Assembly: GCA_951406725.2 (NCBI GenBank)
Contig: OX597825.1
Coordinates: forward strand, 49,538,001 to 49,602,000
Length of the DNA stretch: 64,000 bases
From: Octopus vulgaris
Taxonomy: Eukaryota
Direction: 5' to 3'
Position numbers and translations under genes: made by a program. Shown piece after piece: positions 27,340 through 41,149 of the stretch (position 1 is the first letter of the stretch; each line of letters begins with the position of its first letter). The notes below the pieces were generated by a model, which was given only the letters and a program-made list of their open reading frames with translations, was not told the DNA's origin and made no database searches.

Positions 27340-27510
27340 CACAGGAGATGTGTTTACCGCACCATAATTTAGCAGTTCGGTATAAGAAACCATTAACGTA
27401 AGTACCATGCGAAGCAAAAAAGTGCTGGGATCGTTTCTTTCGACTAAAATTCTTGATGGTGGTACCTCAGCATCGCCGCAGTCTAATGACTGAAACAAGT
27501 AAAGCATAAA
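27340..27510 (+). mobile_element. SINE family A 3' fragment
   Basis: GTGTTTAC..TTAGCAGTTCGG..GCCGCAGTCTAATGACTGAAACAAGTAAA. Confidence 0.6.
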
Positions 27511-28359
27511 ATATATTGTGACCGAGATTCAAAATTATTGCCTATCATATGAGAGTCATATTCTGTATTTTTGCATTGCCATGATTTTGTGACATTAGCA
27601 ACCAACCTGCAGTTACATAAATTAATCATCTACACTGCTGAAACTTACATATGAAGATAAGTAATTATACATACATCCGCATGAATACATATACATACAT
27701 AAACACAGCAACATACATATTATGTCATGCTTCCGTTATACCTGATCCCCCCTCAGACTAAGAACTACACCAAAGTGAAAGACAAGGAAAAGATTCCGCG
27801 CCCGAACACTTTCTTATGGAACATATTTCAACACAGTTTATCGAAACAAATGGAAATTGTTTGCTATCTAAACTCGTCACCGATAGAAACTATATTTTCT
27901 TTAAACATTTGTAAAGATTCCTCGATTCAATGATTTCCATTTAAATAATTCGGTCAAATTTCTTATTATGAAATGTTTTCTGTGTTATGATGTTTAAATT
28001 TGATTGTTTTTTACGGCTTCCAATAATATACTGGGAAATTGTGTCCGCTCTTTCTACATGTAAACATAAATATCAAATTACAACCAAAAGAAAGCAACTA
28101 ACTACATCAGATATCTTTTTACGATTCATTAAAGAATAACGTTCGTATTTCTTTCCGAAAGGATATCTGTAAAGTATTTCTGATAATTATGTACACAATT
28201 TCATATTATTTCCGTAAGAATTACCCGAAAATATGGAAGATTTTCGCATCGAAATTGGATTTTAATTTCATATATTGTTGGCATCTTTCATATTTAAATG
28301 AAAGATGTACGCGTGCATTTAAATGTTATGTATGTAAGTAGGTGCATGTTATGTATGTA

Positions 28360-28430
<71 letters not shown>

Positions 28431-28491
28431 CATATATAACACAAATATGACACACACACACACACATAAATATATATATATACATATATAC

Positions 28492-28538
<47 letters not shown>

Positions 28539-28544
28539 TATACA

Positions 28545-28577
<33 letters not shown>

Positions 28578-28869
28578 TCAAAATAATAAATAGGTGCGTT
28601 TATGAAACTCTGAAACATATTGGAGAAGATAATAGTTGTTTGTGAAGAATTGATTCCAAGGAAAATTTGGAAATATTTTAAAATATAATTTAATCACATA
28701 ATGATATTGTCAATGAATGATATATTTAATACTACATTTTATAGGAAACTTATTATTCATATTTATAACTTCTTTTATCTCAATCGCAAACACTCGTACA
28801 ACACATATGTCTCTTTGTGATTGCATATTCGTATGTATACATATGTGTGTTTGTTTGAGTGTGTATAAA

Positions 28870-28941
<72 letters not shown>

Positions 28942-28988
28942 TGTATGTATGTGAATATGTATATACGCATTTATATGTATCTCTCTCT

Positions 28989-29034
<46 letters not shown>

Positions 29035-29778
29035 GTGTGTGTGTGTGTGTACATGTGTGTGTGTGTGTTCGTGTGCATGTGTGCATGTGTCTGTAAATTA
29101 AGTAGTAATTTTAATGTTGTTGAATTTCTCATTCATTATAATGCTTTCGTATAATTATAAATTTATTTACCACACTTATAAAATCATTTAAGTGAAAGAA
29201 TATAGTGGAGGGTTAAACCTATTTGTATTTTCATATTAAATTAAGGTGTTAAATATAACACGTAGAATAATAGCTGAACATGAAGCCACTGTACGGCAAA
29301 TACTGAAACAGTACTAATACTGTTTAATATCAGGCTCCTTGTCGAAAAATTCATACAGGAAGAATTCCATACAACATCTTCCATTGCCTATTTATATAAT
29401 GGAAATAAGGTATTTTGTTATGTAGTTGAGAATTTAATTAGTCATATATTGGATGTATTGGAAAAAGTTACATGGTTTTTTAAGCACAAATATAATCACA
29501 TCCACATATGCATGAATATTTGTATGTATGTAAATGTATATAATGTATTTTTTATATGGCTGAGGCCTATTCGTATTAATGAACTAAATAGGTATATATA
29601 TACGTATGTATGTATGTATTTGTGTGTGTGTGTGTGTGTGTATGAATGTATGTATGTATATCTATATATCTTTATCTATCTATATATATATATACGTAGG
29701 TCCCGGGTTGAGTCGGGGTTAACCACAGTAAATAAGGTACTCAATACATAGCAGAGTAAATTAAATTATTTTATAGAA

Positions 29779-29830
29779 GGAGCTTCTACAGGACTAGAAC
29801 TGTTTCATTCAAAAGAAATCATCAGGAAGC
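29779..29830 (-). ncRNA. Putative hammerhead variant in a probable PLE pLTR fragment
   Basis: Minus strand: GCTTC CTGATGA TTTC-TTTT-GAAT GAAA CAGTTCTAG TC CTGTAGAAGC; core intact, but stem I pairing is offset. Confidence 0.45.
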
Positions 29831-30218
29831 TTTTAGATATGACATAAATTTAAAAAGTTTCCCAACAATTCAACTTCTCTGGTTGACTTTAAAACCCCCG
29901 TAATAGTGACCTTAACACCGACATGTGCTCAATATGCTCCATTTTCGGGAGCAAAAACTTTGAATGTGTTTTATAATAACTGGAGTTTCGAATCTAGGCA
30001 TAAAGCTGAGTAGTATGGGATAAATATGTCATGATTAGAATTTTTGTTAGGGTGTTTAAAGAGGAGAAAAAACATATTAAAATTCTTAATCTCCAATTTT
30101 GATAAAGTTCGAATCATAGGTATTGCAGTTCATTAGAGAAAATATAAAAGAAAAGTCATATTCTTAAATTCCATGTGTATATACGCCTGGTATATATATA
30201 TATATATATATATATAAT

Positions 30219-30457
30219 TCTTGTTTTTACACTTTTATTTGTTTCAGTCATTTCGGTTATTTGACTCGGGCCATGATGGAGCACAGTCTTTAGTCGAGCA
30301 AATCGACTCTAGGATTTATTATTTGTAAGCCTAGTACTTATTCTATCGGCCTCTTTTGTCTGAGGCTATAATAGAAGACACTTGCCAAAGGTGTCACGCA
30401 GTGGGACTGTACACGGGACCATGTGATTCGTAAGCAAGCTACTTGCCACTCCTACAC
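30219..30457 (-). mobile_element. SINE family A, internally deleted
   Basis: TTGTTTCAGTCATT..CTAGTACTTATTCTATCGG..GAGGCTATAATAGAAGACACTTGCC. Confidence 0.8.
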
Positions 30458-30782
30458 CTATATATATATATATATATTGAAAAGGAAAGCAAAACAAAGG
30501 ATGAGCATCTTAGGTCTAGAATGTTTAAGGTGAATAAAAAAAGAAGTTGATTTACGACTATTTCTGGTATATCTCAAGCGATGCGTCAACTTTCTTATAC
30601 ACTGAGTACTCCATCATCAGTCACAAGGTGAGTAAGCGGGGAAGTGCAGACAGAATTCACAATATATAGAAAAATAAAACAGCAGATAAAAGAATAAAGA
30701 TACAAGAGTGAAGTTCATAGTTCATCTTGTTCCAGAATATATGGAGGTTAGTCATTACTCATATATATATATATATATATAT

Positions 30783-30904
30783 ATTTGTATTATATTGAGG
30801 GTAATACTATTCGTAGATACCAACACGCTAAGAGGGACCAATGCATTGGTCCCTCTTAGCGTGTTGGTATCTACGAATAGTAGTAACCTCAATATAATAC
30901 AAAT
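30783..30904. repeat. 122-bp palindrome with no spacer (61-bp arms, 2 mismatches)
   Basis: Centre ATG|CAT at 30843/30844; inner 39 bp perfect. Confidence 0.95.
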
Positions 30905-31002
30905 GAATATTTTCAAAGAGGAAGAATTTACGGATTTTTTCTCTTACGAGGTTTTTCACGCTGACTACTGATAATTTCTTTTAAAGATTTTATCCTCAAT
31001 TG

Positions 31003-31074
<72 letters not shown>

Positions 31075-31088
31075 TGTATGTATGTATA

Positions 31089-31239
31089 AGAGTGGCTGTG
31101 TGGTAAGTAGCTTGCTAACCAACCACATGGTTCGGTGTTCAGTCCCACTGCGTGGCATCTTGGGCAAGTGTCTTCTGCTATAGCCCCGGGCCGACCAATG
31201 CCTTGTGAGTGGATTTGGTAGACGGAAACTGAAAGAAGC

Positions 31240-31338
<99 letters not shown>

Positions 31339-31545
31339 TGTTTGTGTGTCTGTGTTTGGCCCCCTAGCATTGCTTGACAACCGATGCTGGTGTGTTTACG
31401 TCCCCGTCACTTAGCGGTTCGGCAAAAGAGACCGATAGAATAAGTACTGGGCTTACAAAGAATAAGTCCCGGGGTCGATTTGCTCGACTAAAGACGGTGC
31501 TCCAGCATGGCCGCAGTCAAATGACTGAAACAATTAAAAGAGTAA
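31089..31545 (+). mobile_element. tRNA-derived SINE family A, full length
   Basis: GAGTGGCTGTGTGGTAAG head, GTTCAGTCCC B-box, internal (TA)n(TG)n, tail GCCGCAGTCAAATGACTGAAAC. Confidence 0.88.
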
Positions 31546-31596
31546 TATATATTTATAATAAATCTCTGTGTGAGTTATAAACAGTAGCTGCACGAC

Positions 31597-31740
31597 ATCG
31601 TGAAGTATATTTGTCACCTAAATGTGGCTAACCCTTAACTGTGGATGCTACTGTAGCTTTTAGCCCCAAATCTACAGTTAGTTAGTTAACATCGATTCAT
31701 AAGTGTTAGCCACATTTAGGTGGCAAATATACTTCGTGAT
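31597..31740. repeat. Inverted repeat with ~41-bp arms (31597-31637 / 31700-31740)
   Basis: GAAGTATATTTGTCACCTAAATGTGGCTAAC vs GTTAGCCACATTTAGGTGGCAAATATACTTC. Confidence 0.85.
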
Positions 31741-31752
31741 ACATATATATAC

Positions 31753-31809
<57 letters not shown>

Positions 31810-31867
31810 TATATGTTTATATGTTTATATGTATGTATAAAATTATGTATATGCGTATATACGTATA

Positions 31868-32860
31868 AGAGGGGTGTTCCTTACAGATTTCCTCTGACCC
31901 ATTTCCCAACCACTGAGATAAATTAAACTTGGCATAACTATTATTCCTTCTTTACATACCCCACTCCAGTGTTGACACACTTCTCGCCTTATGCAGCTGT
32001 GAAGGTCACATGTGTAGAATTTTTTTTCCGTCTGAAGCCAAGACTGTGCCTCGGAAATATGTTCATGGCTATCCGAAAAGTGGAATTTGAACTCAAAAAA
32101 GACTTCATGTTTGGAAAGATTTTGAAGTACGAGGTCGGAAGAATAAGGGGCTTGGGGAAGGATTTCATGCAGGAGTGTGCTTTCATCTGTAGGAGTGTCT
32201 TAGAGGAGGTGGAAGCCTTTGGTCAGCATGTTTTGATAGCGTTCCGCAATTTCTGCAGCAGAGAAGCATAATATGCCCCGCTAATTGAGGTGCCCTTTGC
32301 CAGAAAACCCATCATCACTACTCCGTGTTGGTTCGAAAAGACTGTGAGCATCACCGTGCTAGCTGAGGTTTGGACACGAGCCTACTTTGGAGGCGGTGAG
32401 TTATCATGCATTCTTTGCTTCGACTGGACTTTAGTCTCAGGATCATAGTCATGGACCCATGTTTCATCCTGTGTGATAAGTCTCAGATTGTCAAAAGAGC
32501 CTAGGAGCAATTAACTAATTCCTGCTTCTGAAATGGTGTGCGCATCTGTGGAATCCATCTTGCAGAGGAATTCCGCATGTGCAAATGGTCGTGAATGATT
32601 TTTTTCTACGGACCTTACATTTATCGTCACTTCTTCAGCTAGTTGATGAATAGTTATGCGGCGATCCTCCGAAATCGCAGGCTCCACTATATGGATGGTG
32701 TCGCCATCAATGGCGGAATGTGGTCTTCCAGGAATAGGAACAGTTTCCACCGATGTCCGAACACATTTAGACTGGTGATGCCCGTGCTTGACTACTTATA
32801 TGATGGTGCATCTTCAACATAAACTTCTTTCATGTCACCAAAAGTCTCTTTTTGTTTCTT
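31868..32860 (-). mobile_element. Degenerate mariner transposase
   Basis: VYVEDAPSY, PGRP..I..VE.AISEDRRITI..LA, ARWIP, LITQDETWVHDYDPETK, PYSSDL. Confidence 0.9.
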
Positions 32861-32899
32861 ATTTTGGACCTTTGTCAAATATTTCCTGAGTGAGGTTCT

Positions 32900-33220
32900 C
32901 TATTACATGGAATCCAGTACTTACTTATTTTATCAACACCGAAAGGATGAATGGCGAAGTCGACCCCAGTGGAATTTGAACTCAAATCGGGCAGACGGAC
33001 GAAATGCTGCTAATCAGTTTGACGGGTGGGCTAACGAGTCTGCTTCCTCACCGCCTTAATATAACCAAATTGATTGACCTCACTATTAGTTTGGTATTTC
33101 AATTTATCGCGATCAAAAATATGTAAGATAAAATTTACTTCTGCATGATTTGAACCCAGAACGTAAATATCCGTAACTAAACACTGCACCCCATTTTTTC
33201 AGACGCTCTACAAACACTAC
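32900..33220 (-). mobile_element. Two SINE family B fragments
   Basis: GTACTTA..TTTTATC..GAAAGGATGAA.GGCGAAGTCGACC..GAATTTGAACTCA..CTCACCGCC. Confidence 0.65.
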
Positions 33221-35599
33221 CTAACTATGCAGCTTTTAATTTATCAGGAATTTCATAAATTCTGAGAATACTTCCCTGTCGTAATCCTAGTTTCACTCAT
33301 CCAATTTAGAAGAAAGCGAGTGAGAGAGAGAAAGAGAGACAGAGGGGGACAGATAGAAGCAGAGAGAGAGAGAGAGAGAGAAGGGGAGAGAGTGACAGAA
33401 AGAGAAAAAGACAGACTGTCATAATTTTCATCAATATTTTTTTTAAGCGAGAACTATTGATCCACAAACGTTCTAGACCTCAAAGGGAAGGGGAGAATTT
33501 TAAATTATTGGGAAATATTGTGTACATAAATCATGCATTGACTCTTAAAATCAATTTACATTATTTCATTTCATTTTATGTAAAATTTTAAAATGCCGTG
33601 TCTCATGTAAATAAAATCACCCCCATTAGACCCTTGATAGTGGAGCATGATTACCAAAATGTGTTTTCTAAAATTATTGCATTTATCTAAGTGTCTTAAG
33701 AGATGCAACAGAATTCGTCACGACGAGCATATCCAAAGCCTTCTCTCATGTAAATACAAGAATAATTATTGCTTCCGATTACCCCAATTTCCATAAGAAA
33801 TATTCGAAAGAGACAGTAAATATATCCTCTTTATATTCCTATTAATTCCACTGAAATTCTTTGTCAAAATCCACTATTCGTCTATTAGATCTACAACAGC
33901 AATAGACACCAACGTAAACTATCTAAAGACATACACTTAAAATGTCAGTAATGCTTAGAAATAGCAGGACTTAACATCATTCCTACCCTGTATAAAGATA
34001 TTTTTATATACATATACGACAAGTGTCCATATTTAGTAGTCGTACAAGAAAATACCGCTTCCCAAACAACATCATATACAACAATGGTCTCTTTGTTCTG
34101 GCTGATTTACAGAAAGTATACTATAAAGGCTAAGTTTGATGATGATGTATCGTATAAGGTGGTTGTAATGAAAGACATAATGACCTCTGTGTCTAAGGCC
34201 ATAATTATTATAGTAGCTATCGTAGACTTCCTTTTTTCTGACACTTTTCTGCAATGCATCAGCAGTAGCAATACTGCGATATTTTAATCACGTACTGGAG
34301 ACATGATGTCACATGGACATTAAAGAATGTTCTGATATCAATTACGAACTCCCACAGAAACAGTGTTATCGATAGTCTGTTTCTCAGCCGATAAATGAGG
34401 TCACGTGGTTTTAGACTAGAAGGTCTTTAATGTACACATAGTACCAGAGTTTTCTGCTGACACATAGCCGTAAATGTTCAAATTGAACACCAAGCACATG
34501 AATCTCACCAAACTATTAAAACTAAACTTTTCTTTGTTTATTTGCACATGTAACCGTAACTAATTTGACATGTTATTACTCAAGCACCTTTTATTAAACA
34601 CTAACACCAAAGTCAAATATAAACCAAATATACAGCATTAACATGAACATCTGACTATTGAAGGGAAATTTTTCACAAACTGCTTAGTGTTTGCTTATTT
34701 TCCATGTAATCCTAAATCTTCCTCACGAGCTAAGCTCATCAATGTCGTGGAGAAAGGAAAATTTTGCATACGAAGATTTATAGCGTGTATTCTCCTTAAA
34801 CTTTGAGGTTGACTCTAACATTAGTATGAAGTGTAGATTCTCTTTGATTTGTAACTATTAAAAAAACGTCTCCATTTGTATCTCGTGAAAAGCAGCATAT
34901 TACATCAAAATTCTTGACTTTTTTGTCCCCCGTAAACAGATATATATCTCATGCAACATGAAAACATGACGTTCAGTTAAGAACTCTTCCCATGAAGAGA
35001 TACTTTAAGAACACACTCGAATAGTGATAAGATGTGTTCTTTCTCTCAACATAGCAAATATATAACTTCTACATGTACCAAAGCATTACACATGCCTACG
35101 ACGAAAACGCCGCTACGTTTTTATTCGGTGAAATTGATCAATTTTTACCTGCTGATTTCAAAAGTTACAAAAAATCAGTGTATCATATACACAGTTTCTT
35201 CAGAAAATCAATCATTGCATCTTACCATTTGCCATATCTAAATAGACAATGACAATATAACTAATAGGTGTAATTTTAAAAAAATAAGCATCTGACAACA
35301 ACATTTAGACGCTTCAGCTGCACAGAGAGGTGCCTGCGTCACTGTGGCTCCAGACACCCGCAAGCAGTGAGGAGAGAAAGACGTGCTTTACAAGGAAACG
35401 CTGCAAAGGTTTAAAAAAAGGAATCTTTTCTTTTATTATTTCAGTTATTTACTCATGCATTTTTACAATGTATATATTCTACATACTTTGCTTTATTGTA
35501 TTATATGTTGCGTTTCAATATATCTTCAATGATATATATAATATATAATGCTTCTTAATATTCATTTAGATGATAAATGTATATTTGTTAAAAATGTGT

Positions 35600-37060
35600 T
35601 GTTCCCTTTCCTTTACAGAGCTCTACATCATTTGAAGGGAGGATGTCTTCTGAAAGATGTGCAACAATCCCGGATGACTTTTGTTACAGTTATAGTGCAT
35701 TTATGCCTAAGAAACATCAGAAAACATTACCGAATTTGTGAAATAAATTTACTCCACAAATGTGGTGTGAAAAACAGAAACCAAGATGAGAAGTGGGATC
35801 CCCATAAGATATTTTCAATTTGTCTTCTTTCTTGTTTTTGGATTCCGGTAATGTGGAGAAAATTTTTAAATCAGTGATGACTGATACTTTTGCGCATGTA
35901 AAGAGCAGGGACTCAATTTGATGAGTTGGAAATTTTTGTTCATGCAAATCTCCCATCTACATTGCAACTTGTTCATGGAGCAGATATTCCAGGTCCTTCA
36001 CCACTAGAAAACTTACATACACTTGATTTCTGAGTCAGAAGACGTAAATAGCAATGACGATGAAGGATTCAATTGCAGTGAGGAATCTCAACCACTATGA
36101 ATAAAAGAGCTTGTAAATGACCATGTATGGATAGACTTATATCAGACAAAGAGAAAATAAGTCAAGAAGGTTTGGCTGAACCGAAAAGGTTTCTTTTGCT
36201 ACCATCACATACAAAACGTGACCTTATGAATCAATTTAAAAATCTTGGCCACATGATGGAAAGGGCTTCATGTATTTGCGTTGCATTTTTCTTAGGCTAT
36301 GTGACACAAAGGTTGAAAAGGATGTATATGTAATGCCAGATATAAGGAAATTCGTCAAGGATGAAAATTCTGAAAACTCTCTTAAGGATTCTGCAAAGAG
36401 ATGCATGAATTAATTGTTAAAATGTGATTAAGAACTTCATGAGTAAGCACAAATATCCTCTCCACAAACACATTGTGGAGAGAATGCCGGAAAATTTCGA
36501 TGCCGTAGTATGTAAAATGAGATTTAAAGTTCATTTTCTACATGCCCGATTGGATTTCTTTCCGGCAAATTAACGGATGTGAATGAGAAAGGGCATGGGT
36601 ATCATCAAGACTTAAAGAAGATGGAGAAAAGATATCAGGGAAGATGGAATGTCAACATGATGACTGACTGCTGCTAGATGATGCATCGTGTATATCCATT
36701 AAATTTTCACAATCCAAAGAGTCCCATGTATAGTTTCCAAGTGAAAAGAAGTGATTTTGAAGTACTGAATCCAAAATAAAAATTGAACCCTTGAGAAAGC
36801 AATTTTCTCATCTTTTAATTGCATTTGTGACGTTTTATTTTGCTAACTAGAGTAGTAAATTGATTTTCATTAGTTTCAGTTGGCCCTACCACATGTGGAT
36901 TTATCTACGAGTTACAGTATATTTTATCATTAACTTGTGAGAAAATCATAGGTAATTTGGAAGAGCTTTTCTGCTATTTCCAGTTAGCATCACAAAAATA
37001 TATAAAGTAACATACAGTTATCAAAACAATTTTCAACATGTTCGAATTCGCAGACCTGTG
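35600..37060 (+). mobile_element. Degenerate Chapaev3-like (CMC) DNA transposon
   Basis: From ATG 35643: MSSERCATIPDDFCY; then NQDEKWDPHK; VHFLHARLDFFP; YHQDLKKMEKRYQGRWNVNMMTDCC; ends in ..CTGTG. Family assignment from recalled consensus. Confidence 0.75.
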
Positions 37061-37103
37061 TCATTGTTACAACCCACCCTATACACAGAAAAAATTCTTA
37101 TGT

Positions 37104-37145
<42 letters not shown>

Positions 37146-37388
37146 GTTGATTTGCTACGCCTTAGGGTGTTCTACGTTATCTTTTGCCCTGTCTCCTTCA
37201 ACATTCTCAAAACAGCACAAAAAATATTCTCCTTTAGAGGTAGGAAATAATTCAACGCCTAATATTTGATGTACTTGTATAAAAGCCTCTAGTACAACTC
37301 ACCTATATGATTTGCTACACACGCAGACGTCCACGCATTCGTGTGGAACACCACCATAATGCAACCACTTTCTAACCTATGTTTTCTC

Positions 37389-37419
<31 letters not shown>

Positions 37420-38479
37420 CTCTCTATTTCTCTGTCACTCCCTGTAAATATCTAGTTAGTTATCTGCCTAGCAAATCTAGTATTGTCTTCCTATATAAGC
37501 ACCTAATCACTATCATTTTCACTATCTCCCATCAATTATAACCATTCCTTTTTCTCTGTTACATGCATAGTATTTCATCCCCTCCTTCTTGTGTTTTCAG
37601 AACTGCAAACTCCTATTCTTTGTTCAATTAGGTTTTTCTGCTGATACATAGCTCTATATATTCAAACTGAACATCAGTTACATGAATTTCACCAAACTAT
37701 TACAGCCAAACTTTTTCTTCCTCAATTTGTACCTGTACCCCAAGCTAATTTGATACTTATAACCAGTGACACTTTATATAGATCATTGTATAAACAAGAT
37801 ATATCTGATTTACATTTATGAAAACTTTGCAATAGAAGCAATGATATTCATATGTTGTATATTCTTTGTAACAATGTAGACTATCGTGACTATAAAATTC
37901 TGTACTCTGTGTCCGAGTTGTGGTTTCGGTAAGGTGTTTTTGTCAACATGTTTTTGACAACTATAAAAAAAGGTATTTCAAAGCTAACAGTGGTTACATA
38001 AGGATGAATGAACATGGGTATTTCTTGTTGAAATTGATACAATGAGTTATTAATGAGATAACTGTATAAAATCTATTAGATTTAAGTCAAATTTGATTCT
38101 ATTAAGAAATGATAAAATAGTGAGTCGCAGAAAAACTGCAGGTGTAAATTATTATTTTAGAAATTAAAATCACTAAGATTTTCAAGATAAGAGAAAAACA
38201 GTTCTCGATAAACGTTTAAGGAAACTATCAAAATAGTGGAAAAATTGTAGAAATTTATTCTGTGTTATGCAGCTATAGACATCTAGTTTCTAAGTTCAAG
38301 TTAGTCATAATTTGCAGGTTGTTTAACTGATTTAACTGATGAAAATGTTCGAGACGAAACATTTATTTTAGTTTGTAACTAAAGAAGACTCATAATTAGA
38401 AGTTCTTTACCGAGTTATGACAACCAAAAATAATGATTGTTTATAATTCTTTCTTCTATAAGTAGAACGCTTGGAATTT

Positions 38480-38635
38480 TGGGGTTTGGGACCAGTCGAA
38501 TGCATCGGCCGCAGTGTTTGGCTGGTACGCATTTCTTCAATAACTCGACGGTACTTAAATTCAGAACCTAAAACCAGAAGAAATTCTGCTAAGCATTGTG
38601 TCCGGCGATGTAATGATTTTGCCAGCTGGCCGCCT
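38480..38635 (-). mobile_element. SINE family B fragment
   Basis: GCTAAGCATTGTGTCCGGCG..GATTTTGCCAGCTGGCCGCC. Confidence 0.6.
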
Positions 38636-39296
38636 GTAATGAATATTAGTAATTAGAACCAGCACACCAAGTGTAACGATTATTAATAACGATTAATTAT
38701 TATATTTAGTTTGCATGATGATTCTTAGCATTCTCATGAAATGTTTTTTGCTGGTAGTTCATATCCATATGGAAGTATACAGATTTGGTCAGATGAAACG
38801 CATCTTATTGCCATTACACATATACCGGAAGTGTTTATTCAAACCAAGAAAATTCTGGATCGCAATGGAAAATGATACAAGAAATAATTTAATTCTACAC
38901 TGATCATGTGTCACGAATAATCCACTCTTATTGCAATGTTAAATTTAGCTTTGGTCTATAGTTCTCATATTTCGGTAGCAAAGACGCGTAGCTTATTGAT
39001 AAAGGTGTTACACTCATGATCATCCGATCAAAGTGTCTATTTACAGATGTCGGTAAGTTGTGTTCTTGAGTGAAGCACTTCATTTCACGTTCCTCCAGTC
39101 CATTCAGCTGTGGTGTAGGTAACTTTCTAACAATATGTGAGAAGTTACCCATACAACAAATATGGGTACGAGCAATATGGCAGAGCAACTCACTGACTAT
39201 TTTTAAACAGTGGTGGTGGTGTGGGGGTGATAGTTCTTCGATAAACAATTATTGAACGCATGAAACGAACTGTCAATATATGGCTGTGTATGTGTA

Positions 39297-39416
<120 letters not shown>

Positions 39417-40479
39417 GTTTCATAAATTTTGATATTATTTTTCAGACACTTAAAATATTTCCAATACATCACAGAAATTACTCTACTTGTGCAACATAAA
39501 GAATGACTAATTCTCGCTGACAACAGAGAAGCACATTTTTGTCATGTCAAAACCTAGACTGTGATTAATGGGGCTAAAATATCATCTTAAATCTAACGAA
39601 GGTAATGCTTCGCCAATATATATATATATTTGATATAGAATTTAATGACAACAACAAAGATATAAAATTAATGTTAAAAATAACTGCGTCCACACACATT
39701 TGCTCAAACAGAATTAATTAAATGATCTGATAAAAGTTTAGACATTACACAAAGTATTTGAAGATAGATTTATACATATATACATATAAACATACAAGAA
39801 TATAAGCACACGTATTTATATTTACATACATGTATATAAATAAATGAATATATATTAATATATACATATGTGTGTGTGCGTGTGTGTGTGAGCGTGTGTG
39901 TATTTATGTAGGTATGCATATGTGTAAATCAACACGCGTTTACCAAAGTTTTCCAGTTCTACAATCATTCAGCTCCTATACATTTACGTGTATAGATATT
40001 ACATGAAATTTATATATGTTGAAACTAACAAACAAACGAAGAAATAAATAAATAAAATCTTCTGCTTCCGTTAAATTGAGAATGGTTTTAAGAGCAGATA
40101 TTAATTATTCCTCTCTTGTCTCATGTGTCAACTTCTAAGTTGATATAAAATACCTATATTTAGGGAAAATATAGATAGGTCACATATGTTATCTGAAATA
40201 GGTGCGGGCAAAAATGTTCAATATAGTGAAGGAGGTAAATAATGTTCTTATCCATTCGCTGGTATTGTGTTAGCTACGCTTAATCCTAAATACAGCGTTT
40301 GTTCTTTCTGATATTTTCAAAAGGGGTGCGCTTTTTGGAATAACTTCAAGCTCAAGTTAGGGGTAAAATTGTGATTAACCTACATCTACCATCGAAATTT
40401 ATCCCCTTTAGCACAATCATTTATACACACACAGACAGACAGACACACACACACACACACTCACACGCATACACACATT

Positions 40480-40686
40480 CCGTTCTGCTACAGGCACAAG
40501 GCTTCAATTTTGTGGGACGGGGATAAGTTGATTATATCGACCCCAATGTACAACTGGTTCCTTTATCGACTCCGTTGTGATGAAATCTTAAGTCGAGCTC
40601 GACATTTGAACTCAGGACGTAAAACCCGACGAAATGTGGCTCAGCATTTTGTCATGCCTGCTAATGATTCTAGCAGCTCACCGCCT
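40480..40686 (-). mobile_element. SINE family B
   Basis: GGCACAAGGC..ATCGACCCCA..ATTTGAACTCAG..GATTCTAGCAGCTCACCGCC. Confidence 0.65.
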
Positions 40687-41149
40687 CTAAAAGGAAGAAA
40701 TTGCTTTGAGAACCCTATCATTGAAAACATATAAGACAGTATTAACTAAGCAACTACCGTTTTCACTTTTATTGGCATAAATACAATGAAATTTAAGATG
40801 AAATAAATTAAATTCATCTTTCATAATATCAGTTATTAAAGATAACGTGTGTATTTTTTCTGTTTAAGGTCACATGTTGCTCTATTTTTCCTTCTCTAGT
40901 TGCTGGTAACAATAGACTGAGATGGAGGAGTCTACCTGTGACAGTAACAGCAGATAAATTTGTAGTTGATAGTTGCAAGAGCAAGACCAGCGGTAACTAA
41001 TTCATCGTGGCTTCAGCAGTCGTTCATCTTACATTAACAGTTGCTGTGTTGACTTTAGTTAGAGATGCAGTAACAATCAGTTGTGCTACTCTCCTTACCT
41101 CTGCTACAAGTTTAAATGTAGTTGATGTTCAGTGATGAAGGATACTTAT

